A stretch of 64,000 nt of DNA from Promethearchaeota archaeon (GTDB taxonomy: Archaea; Asgardarchaeota; Lokiarchaeia; Sigyniarchaeales; SOKP01), in the NCBI GenBank assembly GCA_048939015.1, contig JBHLPW010000008.1, positions 18,497 to 82,496 of the forward strand, given 5' to 3'. The translations under genes were made by a program, and so were the position numbers. Positions 19,340-29,233 of this stretch are shown piece by piece. Every line of letters begins with the position of its first letter. The first letter of the stretch is position 1. Under the pieces are notes generated by a model. It saw nothing but the letters and a program-made list of their open reading frames with translations. It was not told where the DNA came from and ran no database searches.

Positions 19340-21067
19340 ATGTTAGAAAGTAAAAAGAATTCTAAATTTGGCTCCAGTTCCTTATTAACAATTTTAATTT
19401 TTATAATAATCATATCCTTATTAGCCTGGATTACATATGGTACATATGAAGGTATTATTGGTAGTTTAGCTTATTTGATCATTGGATTCTTAAACTTTTT
19501 TCCATGGATTATTCCATTTGTGGGAATTCCATTGGGTATATTGGATGTATTAGATATCTTTGGCTTTAAAATGTATAACTTCACATTAAATGGCGCCCAT
19601 TTAAACTCTAGTTGGTTACCTGGTACATGGTTTTTGATTATTTCTATCATTGGGAGCATAATTGATATTTTTTTGATGTATCTTATAATATCATGGTTAA
19701 TAGGATTAAAATATAAGAAGAAGGAACCAAAATCCAATTTAGCTCTAATAAATTGCAGTATTATTGATGGAAATAGAGAAAGTGAAATAATTCCTAATGG
19801 AGTTATCCTAATTAAAAACATTGTAGAAAAAGAAGAACAACCGGGCAAAATTTTCGGAGTTGGCACTGAAAACGAAATTGATATTCCAAAAGATTATAAA
19901 AAAGTTGACTTAAAAGGTGCTTATATTCTCCCGGGTTTGATTAACGCGCATTGCCATTTGATGGGAAGCGGAAAGCCTACTAAATTGATGAAATTAAGCG
20001 ATAATACCATGAAAAAGTTATTTAAAATCCTTGCTACACCATTCGGAAAATTAATTTTATTTAAACTTATGAAAAGAAATTCATTAAATGCCTTACAAAG
20101 CGGGGTTACCACAATGCGTTCTATGTCAGACCCGTTATATATCGACTTAAAACTAAGAGATCGAATAAATAATGGCAAAATAATTGGACCAAGATTATTA
20201 TGTGCTGGTAAAGGAATTTGTATCACGGGAGGCCATGGTTGGATAAATTCTTTCGTAGCAGACTCTATTCCTGAAATTAGACAAGCTGTAAGATGGAATT
20301 TACGCATGAGAGTTGACCATATAAAAATCCTTTCTACTGGAGGTGTTATGGATGCGAGAAAAGTAGGAGAAGCTGGACGCCCCCAAATGACTATAGAAGA
20401 GATAGAGACTGCATGTTTTGAAGCCCATAGAGGCGGTTTATTAGTTGCAACCCATTGTGAGTCCACGGAAAGGATAAAAGAAGCTTTAGAGGGAGGAGTC
20501 GATAGTATAGAACATGCTGCCGAAATTCCTGATGATTTAGTTCCCTTAATTATAAATAATCCTAAAACTTTAAGAGGATATACGGTAATTGTTCCCACCA
20601 TTTCTGCCGGTATGGGAATGGCTGTTTTGCCCAAAGAAGAGACTAAAATTACGTCAGAAAGCTTTGAAAACGCTCAGATTATTGAAAAAGGAATGATTTC
20701 AGCATTACGAAAAGCATATAAGGAAAAAATGAGAATATCGTGTGGTACTGATGCATCTGTTCCCTATTCCGTACAATATGAACTATGGAAGGAATTAAAA
20801 TATTACTTGAAATATACCGATATGAGTGTACAAGAAGCAATATATTATGCCACATTAGGAAATGCAGAAAACATCGGTATCGATGATATCACGGGGAGTA
20901 TTGAAACTGGAAAGTTTGCTGACCTAATTGTAGTTCCAGGGAATCCTTTAGAAAAAATTGATTATTTAGGCGAAGTTACAAATGTGATTATCAGAGGAAA
21001 TCTTATTAAAAATCCTAAAGTTAAAAGAATAAAAAAACTGAAAGAATTTCCCCCAATCGAGATTTAA
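19340..21067 (+). CDS. Metal-dependent amidohydrolase (Xaa-Pro dipeptidase-like) with an N-terminal membrane domain
   Basis: PGLINAHCH, ITGGHG, IKILSTGG, ATHC, SIEH, GTDA, GSIETGKFADL; first ~120 aa contain 3 hydrophobic helices. Confidence 0.85.
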   Translation: MLESKKNSKFGSSSLLTILIFIIIISLLAWITYGTYEGIIGSLAYLIIGFLNFFPWIIPFVGIPLGILDVLDIFGFKMYNFTLNGAHLNSSWLPGTWFLIISIIGSIIDIFLMYLIISWLIGLKYKKKEPKSNLALINCSIIDGNRESEIIPNGVILIKNIVEKEEQPGKIFGVGTENEIDIPKDYKKVDLKGAYILPGLINAHCHLMGSGKPTKLMKLSDNTMKKLFKILATPFGKLILFKLMKRNSLNALQSGVTTMRSMSDPLYIDLKLRDRINNGKIIGPRLLCAGKGICITGGHGWINSFVADSIPEIRQAVRWNLRMRVDHIKILSTGGVMDARKVGEAGRPQMTIEEIETACFEAHRGGLLVATHCESTERIKEALEGGVDSIEHAAEIPDDLVPLIINNPKTLRGYTVIVPTISAGMGMAVLPKEETKITSESFENAQIIEKGMISALRKAYKEKMRISCGTDASVPYSVQYELWKELKYYLKYTDMSVQEAIYYATLGNAENIGIDDITGSIETGKFADLIVVPGNPLEKIDYLGEVTNVIIRGNLIKNPKVKRIKKLKEFPPIEI

Positions 21068-21147
21068 TTTTTTTATATTCTAAGAGATTTTATTCCTTTC
21101 CTTTCAAAATAAGAATCCTTTTGAGAAATATAAAGGAAAAAAAAAAG

Positions 21148-22398
21148 TTATTTCTTAATTCTTCTGATTACAATAACTGTTAATATAATCAACAAACTAT
21201 ATACTACATAATAATTATATCCTGGTATTGGTGGACCTAATGCTGAAATTATTTTGAAATAATCACTCCAATCATATTGACTTGAATTATCTGAATTTAT
21301 GATTTTTACTCTCCAATCTGTTCCAATCTCAATATTTTCATCAATGGCCCAATGCCAGAAGCCAGTGTTTGAAACATTATAATCACTATACTTCAGAGCA
21401 TCTCCTTTATATATTTCAATATCCACATTGATAATAATTCCTGTAATTGACCAGGAAATACTGTGGCTAGTTCCTTGTTGCCAAGAATCTGAACTTGTCG
21501 GCCTGTTAATTGTTATCGTCCCTGATCCAACATTAATCGAAAAATAGTCACTATATCCATACAAATTTGGATCATTATAATCTGATATTTTAATTCTATA
21601 ATCTGTTCCCCTATAATTTCCAGTTGGAGATACATAAAAATCGTATTCACCATCATTTACAGCTGATGTGTATGTAATATTTTCTATTAGAGTAGTTCCC
21701 TTATATAGCTGAATTTTTACATCTTCAACTGTACCGATACTCGTCCATCTAATACCATAAAAAGCTGAATCCACCCAAATTGAGGAAGAGCTTGGGTATG
21801 TGACTGTTATTTCTGCATTCTCAGGATACGTCCAAATGATTTGAGGAGCACTTTCTGGGCTAAAATATCCTTCTCTTGTCAAAATAGGGCTATTATCATC
21901 TACATAATCTTCATTTTTTATATAAGCACAGATCGAGATATTATTTCTGCCAGTGATAAAATTTGAGACATCAATCTTATAAATGTCAGTTCGATTTATG
22001 AGTAAAGTACTAATTTCAATTCCTTTTGTAGGTTTATTAAGCCAAGTCATTGAAAATTCACCCCATTGCTCCTCTATCAAACAAATTGTTACATTTTTTA
22101 TCAAAGTAATAAAGCCACAATACAATGAGATTTCTGCTTTCGTAAAGTTGGTTGGTTTATCTGAGAAAGAAAAGTAAAAATACGCCTCAGCATCATATAC
22201 ATGCAAAAATGCTCCCGCTAATGCATAATCTACCGATCCATAATTAGTTGAATTTTCATAAGAATTTACATATGTATCTTTTTCTGCTATTGTAGAAATT
22301 GTTTGATCCCTAAGTATCGCTCTTGCAGGAGGAGCAAGAAATGTAAATCCTGCAATAAATAAAACACATATCAAAATTGCAACTGTTATCTTTTTCAT
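21148..22398 (-). CDS. Secreted surface protein: DNRLRE-like domain, two Ig-like (Kre9/Ser-Thr-rich GPI-type) domains, IPGY C-terminal sorting signal
   Basis: Signal peptide; KDTYV..NYG, W.E..MTW.NKP; two ITxxxP..W..I.W..V.I.LYKG..YRIKI..SDYF.I repeats; IPGY-TM-RRIKK. Confidence 0.75.
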   Translation of the reverse strand: MKKITVAILICVLFIAGFTFLAPPARAILRDQTISTIAEKDTYVNSYENSTNYGSVDYALAGAFLHVYDAEAYFYFSFSDKPTNFTKAEISLYCGFITLIKNVTICLIEEQWGEFSMTWLNKPTKGIEISTLLINRTDIYKIDVSNFITGRNNISICAYIKNEDYVDDNSPILTREGYFSPESAPQIIWTYPENAEITVTYPSSSSIWVDSAFYGIRWTSIGTVEDVKIQLYKGTTLIENITYTSAVNDGEYDFYVSPTGNYRGTDYRIKISDYNDPNLYGYSDYFSINVGSGTITINRPTSSDSWQQGTSHSISWSITGIIINVDIEIYKGDALKYSDYNVSNTGFWHWAIDENIEIGTDWRVKIINSDNSSQYDWSDYFKIISALGPPIPGYNYYVVYSLLIILTVIVIRRIKK

Positions 22399-22699
22399 TT
22401 TAGTTTGCCCTTTTATTAAAATTCACAAATAATCAAATTAAAATTTTAAATAGGTTTTCGCAAAATTACACAATAATGTATAAATTACATTTATGTTCAA
22501 ATCATATAAATGTTTTACCTAAGACATGAAGATATTAGAAATTTAAACTTTATGTAATTAATAAAATATCAAATCTTATACTCCGTATTTGGCACCAACA
22601 TATAAAACATCCAGAGTAATTGGTCCAATAACTACAATTTTTTTTCAATTAAACTAGATTTATATTAACCATTAAGGATAAAAAATATAGTTAGAATGA

Positions 22700-23941
22700 T
22701 TAATAAGCCTCATCTTTAATTTTGGAGGGTATTTCTTTTACTTGTTGGGCTAATTCCATTGCTATTTTTTCACCTTTTTCAAGTTGTTCTACAGTAGGAT
22801 AGCCATTGAAAGTAAGTGATTCTAAAATATCCCAATGCATATTTTCAGCTAATTTATCAAAATCTTTCTGTGCTCCCCCACTCCATCCATAAGATCCAAA
22901 ATAAAGCACTTTTTTATGTATAATGCGCTTTTTCTTTAATAATTCCATGAAATATTTCATAGGGGGAAACATTCCATATTCATATGTTGGTGCTCCTATT
23001 ATGAGACCTGCAGATTTATAAGCATCTGCAAGAGCGAACGAGGGATCCTCATTAGGTAATCGATGTACCTTTATAGGTATACCTACTTTACTAATCCCTC
23101 TTAAAACTGAATTCAACATTACTTCTGTATTACCATACATACTTCCCCAGACAACACAAATCGCTGGTTCCGCGTATTCTTTATTGTAATTAGCAAACCG
23201 TTTATACTTCTTTACTATTACATCCGGGGAGCTACGCCAAACTAAACCATGTGAAGGTGCGATCATATTAATTTTTAAATTTGATAATTTTTCAATTGCG
23301 TTTAATACATTACCTGAGAATGTAGATATAATATTAGCATAATAACGTAGCATTTCTGCTTCCCAATATGGTTTACTCTCATCTGGGGTTTCATCTTCGA
23401 ATATACATCCTTGGTGAACCCCAAATGCTCCAAAAGCATCACCAGCAAATAAAATTCCCGAACTCTTTTCATAAGTAACCATTGTTTCTGGCCAATGAAC
23501 ATTAGGAATTTCAACAAATTCTAATTTCTTATTTTTTCCTAAATCAATTACATCGCCAGTTTTAACAGCCTTTAAATTACTTTCAATATGGTAAAATGCT
23601 TTTACTAAATCTACTCCTTTCTGAGTTGATATAATTTCTGCGTCTGGAGATAAAGAATTTACTAAATATGTAAATCCGGTATGATCAGGTTCAAGATGGT
23701 TTAAAATAATATAATCTATGTCTGATAATTTAATTGAAATCGATTCAAGATTTTTAATTAGGGTTAGAGCCGCTCCGCCCCATTCTCTAACTAATTCAAT
23801 TATAGCTATTTTGTCACCTTTCACAATATATGAATTTAGAGCTACACCATTAGGAATTGGCCATATACCCTCAAATAAATCCTCTGTATGAACGTTAGCT
23901 CCTATCCAATATATGTCATCAGTTAATTTTATAGCAACCAT
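22700..23941 (-). CDS. fprA: Flavodiiron protein (type A flavoprotein; O2/NO reductase)
   Basis: NSY, NHLEPDH, HWPE, GDAFG, PSHG, SMYGNT, FGSYGWSGGA. Confidence 0.92.
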   Translation of the reverse strand: MVAIKLTDDIYWIGANVHTEDLFEGIWPIPNGVALNSYIVKGDKIAIIELVREWGGAALTLIKNLESISIKLSDIDYIILNHLEPDHTGFTYLVNSLSPDAEIISTQKGVDLVKAFYHIESNLKAVKTGDVIDLGKNKKLEFVEIPNVHWPETMVTYEKSSGILFAGDAFGAFGVHQGCIFEDETPDESKPYWEAEMLRYYANIISTFSGNVLNAIEKLSNLKINMIAPSHGLVWRSSPDVIVKKYKRFANYNKEYAEPAICVVWGSMYGNTEVMLNSVLRGISKVGIPIKVHRLPNEDPSFALADAYKSAGLIIGAPTYEYGMFPPMKYFMELLKKKRIIHKKVLYFGSYGWSGGAQKDFDKLAENMHWDILESLTFNGYPTVEQLEKGEKIAMELAQQVKEIPSKIKDEAY

Positions 23942-24046
23942 TAATGCTCACATAACTATTTTAAGAACAAAATAAAGTCTATTATCTTTTAATATTCATA
24001 AATCAAATTAAATCCTACCCTAATTTATTATTAGGATCACTTAACA

Positions 24047-24979
24047 TTAAAGTGTAGAAGTTTGATTCTGTATAATGGCTTTAAGCTCTTTTACCCGACT
24101 TCGTAATGTAACTTCAGTTGTTTTTGCAGCTTTTGCTACTTCTATCTGAGTTTTTTTGAATTCAGTCTTCAAAGCAACCATATATAACACTGCAGCAGCT
24201 AAACCTTTAGGATCTTTTCCAATTAAAATTTGCCTATTTTTCTTACTCCTATCAATTATCTTTATAGCTTTCATTTGTAATTCTATTGGTAATCCTAATC
24301 TATTGCCAAAAAGAAAAATCAGCTTATTAACTGAAATTGGATGATAATCTAAATGTAAACGTGGGAGTACTTTTTTAACAATCAAACTCAAGGATCGAAA
24401 TAATGTACGGTGAGGAACCATTGACACATCAGCTACATCGTCAAGTAATTTTGGAAATTCATGAATTCTGATGGCAGCATATATAGAGGCTGCAATGAAT
24501 CCATCGATTGACCTTCCCATTGTAAGTTTTTGTTTAACTACTTCATTGTATATTTTCCAAGCTGTTTCAGTAATATATTTGGGAATATTAAGTTTTGACG
24601 CAAACTGCTTAAATTTCGGTTTAGCTTCCCATAAATTCCTTTCCAAAGAATTTATTAGCGACCTTTGAATTTTTGAGAGCCTTGAAAAAAGTATACCTGA
24701 TTTCGCATTAATTGTTTGTCCTTTTGAATCAATTCTACCTGTAGGAAGAATAGTTCTTGGACCAAATTCTCTCCACGAGGGCTCCGTCTGTCTTCTATTT
24801 TTAACTTCTTCCCCTGTATAAGCTCTACGTTCATTTTTTACAAAAACTTGTCCTAAAATGGTACCACAATTTATACAGATTTTATTTCCACTTTTAACTT
24901 TCACACATGGATTATCACAACAATGATCTACTTCTGAACAAATTTCGATTGGGAAAACAGTATGTTCCTTCTTATAAAT
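24047..24979 (-). CDS. tfb: Transcription initiation factor IIB (TFB) paralogue
   Basis: Zn ribbon CCDNP...CINCG, two cyclin folds with GRS and GKDPKGLAAA, TQIEVA...TEVTLRSRVKEL. The first Cys pair lies upstream of GTG24904, so the start is probably ATT24979. Confidence 0.88.
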   Translation of the reverse strand: MYKKEHTVFPIEICSEVDHCCDNPCVKVKSGNKICINCGTILGQVFVKNERRAYTGEEVKNRRQTEPSWREFGPRTILPTGRIDSKGQTINAKSGILFSRLSKIQRSLINSLERNLWEAKPKFKQFASKLNIPKYITETAWKIYNEVVKQKLTMGRSIDGFIAASIYAAIRIHEFPKLLDDVADVSMVPHRTLFRSLSLIVKKVLPRLHLDYHPISVNKLIFLFGNRLGLPIELQMKAIKIIDRSKKNRQILIGKDPKGLAAAVLYMVALKTEFKKTQIEVAKAAKTTEVTLRSRVKELKAIIQNQTSTL

Positions 24980-25204
24980 TTGAATTACTCCCTTAACGGT
25001 AATTAAGAATCCTTTTTAGATGGGAAAGATTAGATTGGTTCTTATCCCCAATATTCCCCTAAAAATATAAAGTGAAAAATTTGAGCCTTATATTAAATAA
25101 GCTATAAGCATGTAAGACATAATTTTAAGAAGTTAGAAGCAAAATAACATTAATTGAGATTTTTAATGAAAAATCCTAATAATATACAAGGCTTAATAAT
25201 AATT

Positions 25205-25627
25205 ATGGATACAAAACGAAAAACTTTCTTAAAAGAAGACTATGTTCAAGGATTTCCAGCGTATTGTGGATTTATTGTTGAAAATGTGGGTAATGGTGAA
25301 TTCCAGTCCCGTCTTGTTATTAAACCTGAACATAGACAAAAAGAGGGTTATGTTCATGCGGGTGTTCTCGCTACAATGGCAGATCATACAGCAGGGTATT
25401 CTGCATATACCCTAGTACCCGAAAACATGCGTATTCTCACAATTGAATTCAAAATTAATTATTTGAAACCTGTTAAAGGTGACGAGATTATTTGTAAATC
25501 CAAAGTAATTAGCGCAGGAAAGAAAATAATCGTTTCTGAATCTGAAATATACTCTAAATCCGAGAAAAAAGAAGATCTGGTTTCAAAAGCAATGGTAACT
25601 CTAATTGCTGTTAATTCATCAAACTAA
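25205..25627 (+). CDS. PaaI family hotdog-fold thioesterase
   Basis: GYVHAGVLATMADHTAG, TIEFKINYLKP; likely start ATG25205. Confidence 0.9.
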   Translation: MDTKRKTFLKEDYVQGFPAYCGFIVENVGNGEFQSRLVIKPEHRQKEGYVHAGVLATMADHTAGYSAYTLVPENMRILTIEFKINYLKPVKGDEIICKSKVISAGKKIIVSESEIYSKSEKKEDLVSKAMVTLIAVNSSN

Positions 25628-26585
25628 AATTAATTTGATTTATTATTGTTTTTATACTATTTGCTGAAAATTTAAAATTTTTTATCTCTTCTTCATCAAG
25701 TTCAATATTAAGAGTTCCTTGTACACCACTTTTATTTATAATACATGGTAAACTTAAATATAAATCATTAATTCCATAGAAATCTTCAATAAGAGTTGAA
25801 ACTGGTAGTATTGTATTTTCATCATTAACTATTGCTTTCGAAATTCGAGCTAGTGCTAATCCAATACCATAGGAAGTTTCTCCTTTCCTTTCAATTATCT
25901 TATATGCAGATTCTTTTACTTCCTCAAAAATTTTCATGAATATTTTTTGAGAATCTTGAATCTCTTCAATGTTGCACATTTTAGTATATTCTTTAATAAG
26001 AGTTCCCCCAATCATAGCACTACTCCATACTGCAAATTCACTATCTCCATGTTCTCCCAAAATGTAACCATGTACATTGCTTGCATTTACCTGACAATGT
26101 TTACCTAACAAATAACGAAATCTCGCAGTATCTAATGTTGTTCCTGAACCTAAAACTTCATTTTTGGGTTTTCCTGAGAGTTTATATGTTACGTATGATA
26201 AAATATCAACTGGATTTGAAACTATTAAATATATAGCTTCTGGAGCGTATTTCTGTATTTTTGGAATGATCTGTTTAAAAATATTTACATTACTTTTTAC
26301 CAAATCAAGTCTTGTTTCACCAGGCTCTTGATTTTTACCTGCAGTAATTACAACTATGTCTGACTCTTCAATATCCTCGTAATTCCCGGCAATTATGTCT
26401 ACGGGATTTGTATACGGTGCTGTGTGAGATAGATCCATAACTTCACCTTCCAATCTCAATTGATTTATATCTACCATAACAATTTCTCTAGCAATCCCTC
26501 TTATAACCAGCGCATATGCAAATCGAGTTCCAACGTTTCCACAACCAATTATAGAAATTTTTGGATGTAAACTTAATTTTTTCAA
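25611..26585 (-). CDS. ldh: L-lactate dehydrogenase
   Basis: IIGCGNVG, ITAGKNQEPGETRLDL (LDH-type Q), VSNPVD, GTTLDTAR, GEHGDS, KGETSYG; GTG26597 is part of the AGGTGA RBS, so the start is probably TTG26585. Confidence 0.9.
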   Translation of the reverse strand: MKKLSLHPKISIIGCGNVGTRFAYALVIRGIAREIVMVDINQLRLEGEVMDLSHTAPYTNPVDIIAGNYEDIEESDIVVITAGKNQEPGETRLDLVKSNVNIFKQIIPKIQKYAPEAIYLIVSNPVDILSYVTYKLSGKPKNEVLGSGTTLDTARFRYLLGKHCQVNASNVHGYILGEHGDSEFAVWSSAMIGGTLIKEYTKMCNIEEIQDSQKIFMKIFEEVKESAYKIIERKGETSYGIGLALARISKAIVNDENTILPVSTLIEDFYGINDLYLSLPCIINKSGVQGTLNIELDEEEIKNFKFSANSIKTIINQINFSLMN

Positions 26586-26886
26586 GAAAAATATCACCTA
26601 TTATATTGGTTATAATCAGATATATAACTATTTTGTTTAAAAAAAATAGAAAATCAATTAATTTGGTAAAAGAGGTATTAATTTTTTTAAATTAGAATAT
26701 TTTACTGAAGAATTTATCTTTTAAAATATGAAGTTGGAAGATGATTTCATAAATTAATATATAGTAAAATTTTGTAAATATTTCTAAACCTTTAGATATA
26801 TATATCTAAGATAATCGTATTGATTAGATAAGATTTGAAAAGAGTTCAGATTAATTAATGAATTAAATATGAGGTGAGAATAACTC

Positions 26887-28095
26887 ATTAAAAGTTTTAA
26901 TTATAAATATTTGATTATTGGAGGAGGAATGACTGCAGATGCAGCTGTTCATAGTATTAGGGAAATTGATGTTGAAGGAACAATTGGATTAATAAGTAAT
27001 GAAGAATATGCCCCCTATGCGCGTCCTCCATTATCGAAAGGTCTTTGGACAGGAGATGAAGGAATCGAGGATATTGACTTAGAGACATCTAATATGAACC
27101 TTGAAATGCATTTTAATCAAAATGTAATAAAGATTGATGCTGAAAATAAAAAAGTTTACGATAATAATAAGAATGAATATAATTACCAAAAATTACTGAT
27201 TGCTACAGGTGGTACACCTAAAAAACTTCCAAATATTGAAGAAGAAGGAATTATTTATTACCGTACACTGTCAGATTATAATAAATTAAGAGATAGTGTT
27301 GAAAAGAACGAAAGATTTGGAATAATTGGAGGAGGATTTATAGGTTCAGAAATTGCAGCTGGGATAAAAATGTATAAGCCAGATGCTGAGGTTACAATGA
27401 TTTTTCCTGAGAGTGGGATTGGTGCGTTCATTTTTCCTAAAAAATTGAGTGACTATATAAGTGATTATTTTCGAGAGAATGATGTCAAAGTTTTAGCAGG
27501 AGAGTTAGTTGTAAAAATTACTAAAGAGGATAAAACTTATTTGGTTGAAACAAAAAGTGGGAAAACATTAAAGTTTGATATGGTCATCGCAGGATTAGGA
27601 ATTACTCCCAATATTGAACTGGCAAAAGAAGCAGATTTGGAAGTTGAAGATGGAATTGTAGTAAACAAGTACCTTCAGACAAGTAATCCCGACATTTATG
27701 CTGCTGGGGATGTAGCAATTTATCATAATCCTTTACTTGGAAAGTATATTCGGATTGAACATGAAGATAATGCTATAAAGATGGGAGAAATTGCTGGTCA
27801 AAATATGGTGGGAAAAGAAATAACATTTGATCATCTTTCAATGTTTTACTCTGATTTATTTGAATACGGTTATGAAGCAGTAGGTATTTTAGATTCAAAG
27901 TTAGAAATAGTAGAAGATTTAGATGAATCTTTAGAAGAAGGTATTATATATTACTTAGAAAAAGGAAAAGTTCAAGGAGTTCTTTTATGGAATGTTTGGG
28001 ATAAAGTTGATGAAGCTAGAGAATTAATCGCTGAACAAGGACCATTTTCATCCAAAGATTTAAAGGGTCGTATAAATATTCTGGCTATTCATTAA
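26887..28095 (+). CDS. FAD-dependent NAD(P)H oxidoreductase (ferredoxin reductase/AIF/MDAR-like)
   Basis: IIGGG, PYARPPLSKGLW, LIATGG, GGGFIGSEIA, AAGDVA, RIEHEDNA, FYSDL, LLWNV; probable ATT26887 start after GAGGTG. Confidence 0.88.
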   Translation: MKSFNYKYLIIGGGMTADAAVHSIREIDVEGTIGLISNEEYAPYARPPLSKGLWTGDEGIEDIDLETSNMNLEMHFNQNVIKIDAENKKVYDNNKNEYNYQKLLIATGGTPKKLPNIEEEGIIYYRTLSDYNKLRDSVEKNERFGIIGGGFIGSEIAAGIKMYKPDAEVTMIFPESGIGAFIFPKKLSDYISDYFRENDVKVLAGELVVKITKEDKTYLVETKSGKTLKFDMVIAGLGITPNIELAKEADLEVEDGIVVNKYLQTSNPDIYAAGDVAIYHNPLLGKYIRIEHEDNAIKMGEIAGQNMVGKEITFDHLSMFYSDLFEYGYEAVGILDSKLEIVEDLDESLEEGIIYYLEKGKVQGVLLWNVWDKVDEARELIAEQGPFSSKDLKGRINILAIH

Positions 28096-28139
28096 AATTA
28101 TTATTAATAATAATTACAAATTATTGGAGGGTATTAATC

Positions 28140-28289
28140 ATGAAAAGGTTCGAAAAATATCTTAAGAATTGGAAAGAAAATAGTTCTGATCTTGATGAGG
28201 AGGAATATAGAATATCTGAAGGATGTTGTTTATTTCATAACAGAAGTGAATTAAGTAATTTCGACGATATAAATGATGACAATAGCTAA
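28140..28289 (+). CDS. 49-aa acidic small protein with a Cys-Cys pair
   Basis: GGAGG RBS at 28126-28130; MKRFEKYLKNWKENSSDLDEEEYRISEGCCLFHNRSELSNFDDINDDNS. Confidence 0.55.
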   Translation: MKRFEKYLKNWKENSSDLDEEEYRISEGCCLFHNRSELSNFDDINDDNS

Positions 28290-28340
28290 AATATTATTTA
28301 AAACCTTTTTTTATAGTTTTCAAATTTTTTGGGATTAATT

Positions 28341-29186
28341 ATGCGATATGTAGAATTAGGAAAAACGGGAGAAAAGATAGCAGTTTTAGGACAAGGTCTT
28401 TGGGGTACATCGAGGTTAAAAGGCTTTTTTAAAGGTCGAAATTATTACGAGAATATTAAATCTGCTTTGAGATATGGTATTGAATTAGGAATGACACATA
28501 TTGATACAGCAGAATTTTATGGGATGGGTAAAGCAGAGAAAGTATTAGGAGAAATTATTAAAGATTATGATAGAGATGATTTGTTTATCACATCTAAACT
28601 CTTTCCTATTCATTTTAGAAAAAATACTATGAAAAAGGCAGCTAATAAGAGTTTAAAAAGATTAGGAATTGACTATTTAGACCTCTATTTAATTCATTGG
28701 CCTTCAAAATTTATATCGATTTCAAAGGAAATGAATGTTCTTGAAACTTTAGTAAAAGAAGGAAAGACTAGATATATTGGAGTGAGTAATTTTAGTGTTA
28801 AACAATTTCAAAAAGCTCAGGAATCTCTTAAAAAGGAAGAACTAGTTAATAATCAACTTCATATTAATATAACTAATCAAAAACACATTCATAACTCTCT
28901 TTCTTATTATCAAAAAAATAGAATCACTGTAACAGCATATAGTCCACTTGGTCATAAAGGTTATACAAGATTAAGAGGCAAAATAAGAGAAGAGTTAGAA
29001 AAAGTCGCATTAAAATATAATGCTACAATACAACAGATAGCAATTGCATGGTTAATTAATCATGATAACGTAATAACAATACCTAAGGCATTTAATAGAG
29101 ATCATGTCTTAGATAATGTAAAAGCAATAGATATCCCTCTATTGAAAGCAGATGTACAAAGTATAAATAGGTTAGGAGGATTTTAA
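28341..29186 (+). CDS. Aldo/keto reductase
   Basis: HIDTAEFYG, ITSK, DLYLIHWP, IGVSNFS, AYSPLG, IPKA. Confidence 0.93.
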   Translation: MRYVELGKTGEKIAVLGQGLWGTSRLKGFFKGRNYYENIKSALRYGIELGMTHIDTAEFYGMGKAEKVLGEIIKDYDRDDLFITSKLFPIHFRKNTMKKAANKSLKRLGIDYLDLYLIHWPSKFISISKEMNVLETLVKEGKTRYIGVSNFSVKQFQKAQESLKKEELVNNQLHINITNQKHIHNSLSYYQKNRITVTAYSPLGHKGYTRLRGKIREELEKVALKYNATIQQIAIAWLINHDNVITIPKAFNRDHVLDNVKAIDIPLLKADVQSINRLGGF

Positions 29187-29233
29187 TAAGTTTTATAAGT
29201 AATCCTTTTAATCCTTGACGTTTAATATTTATT

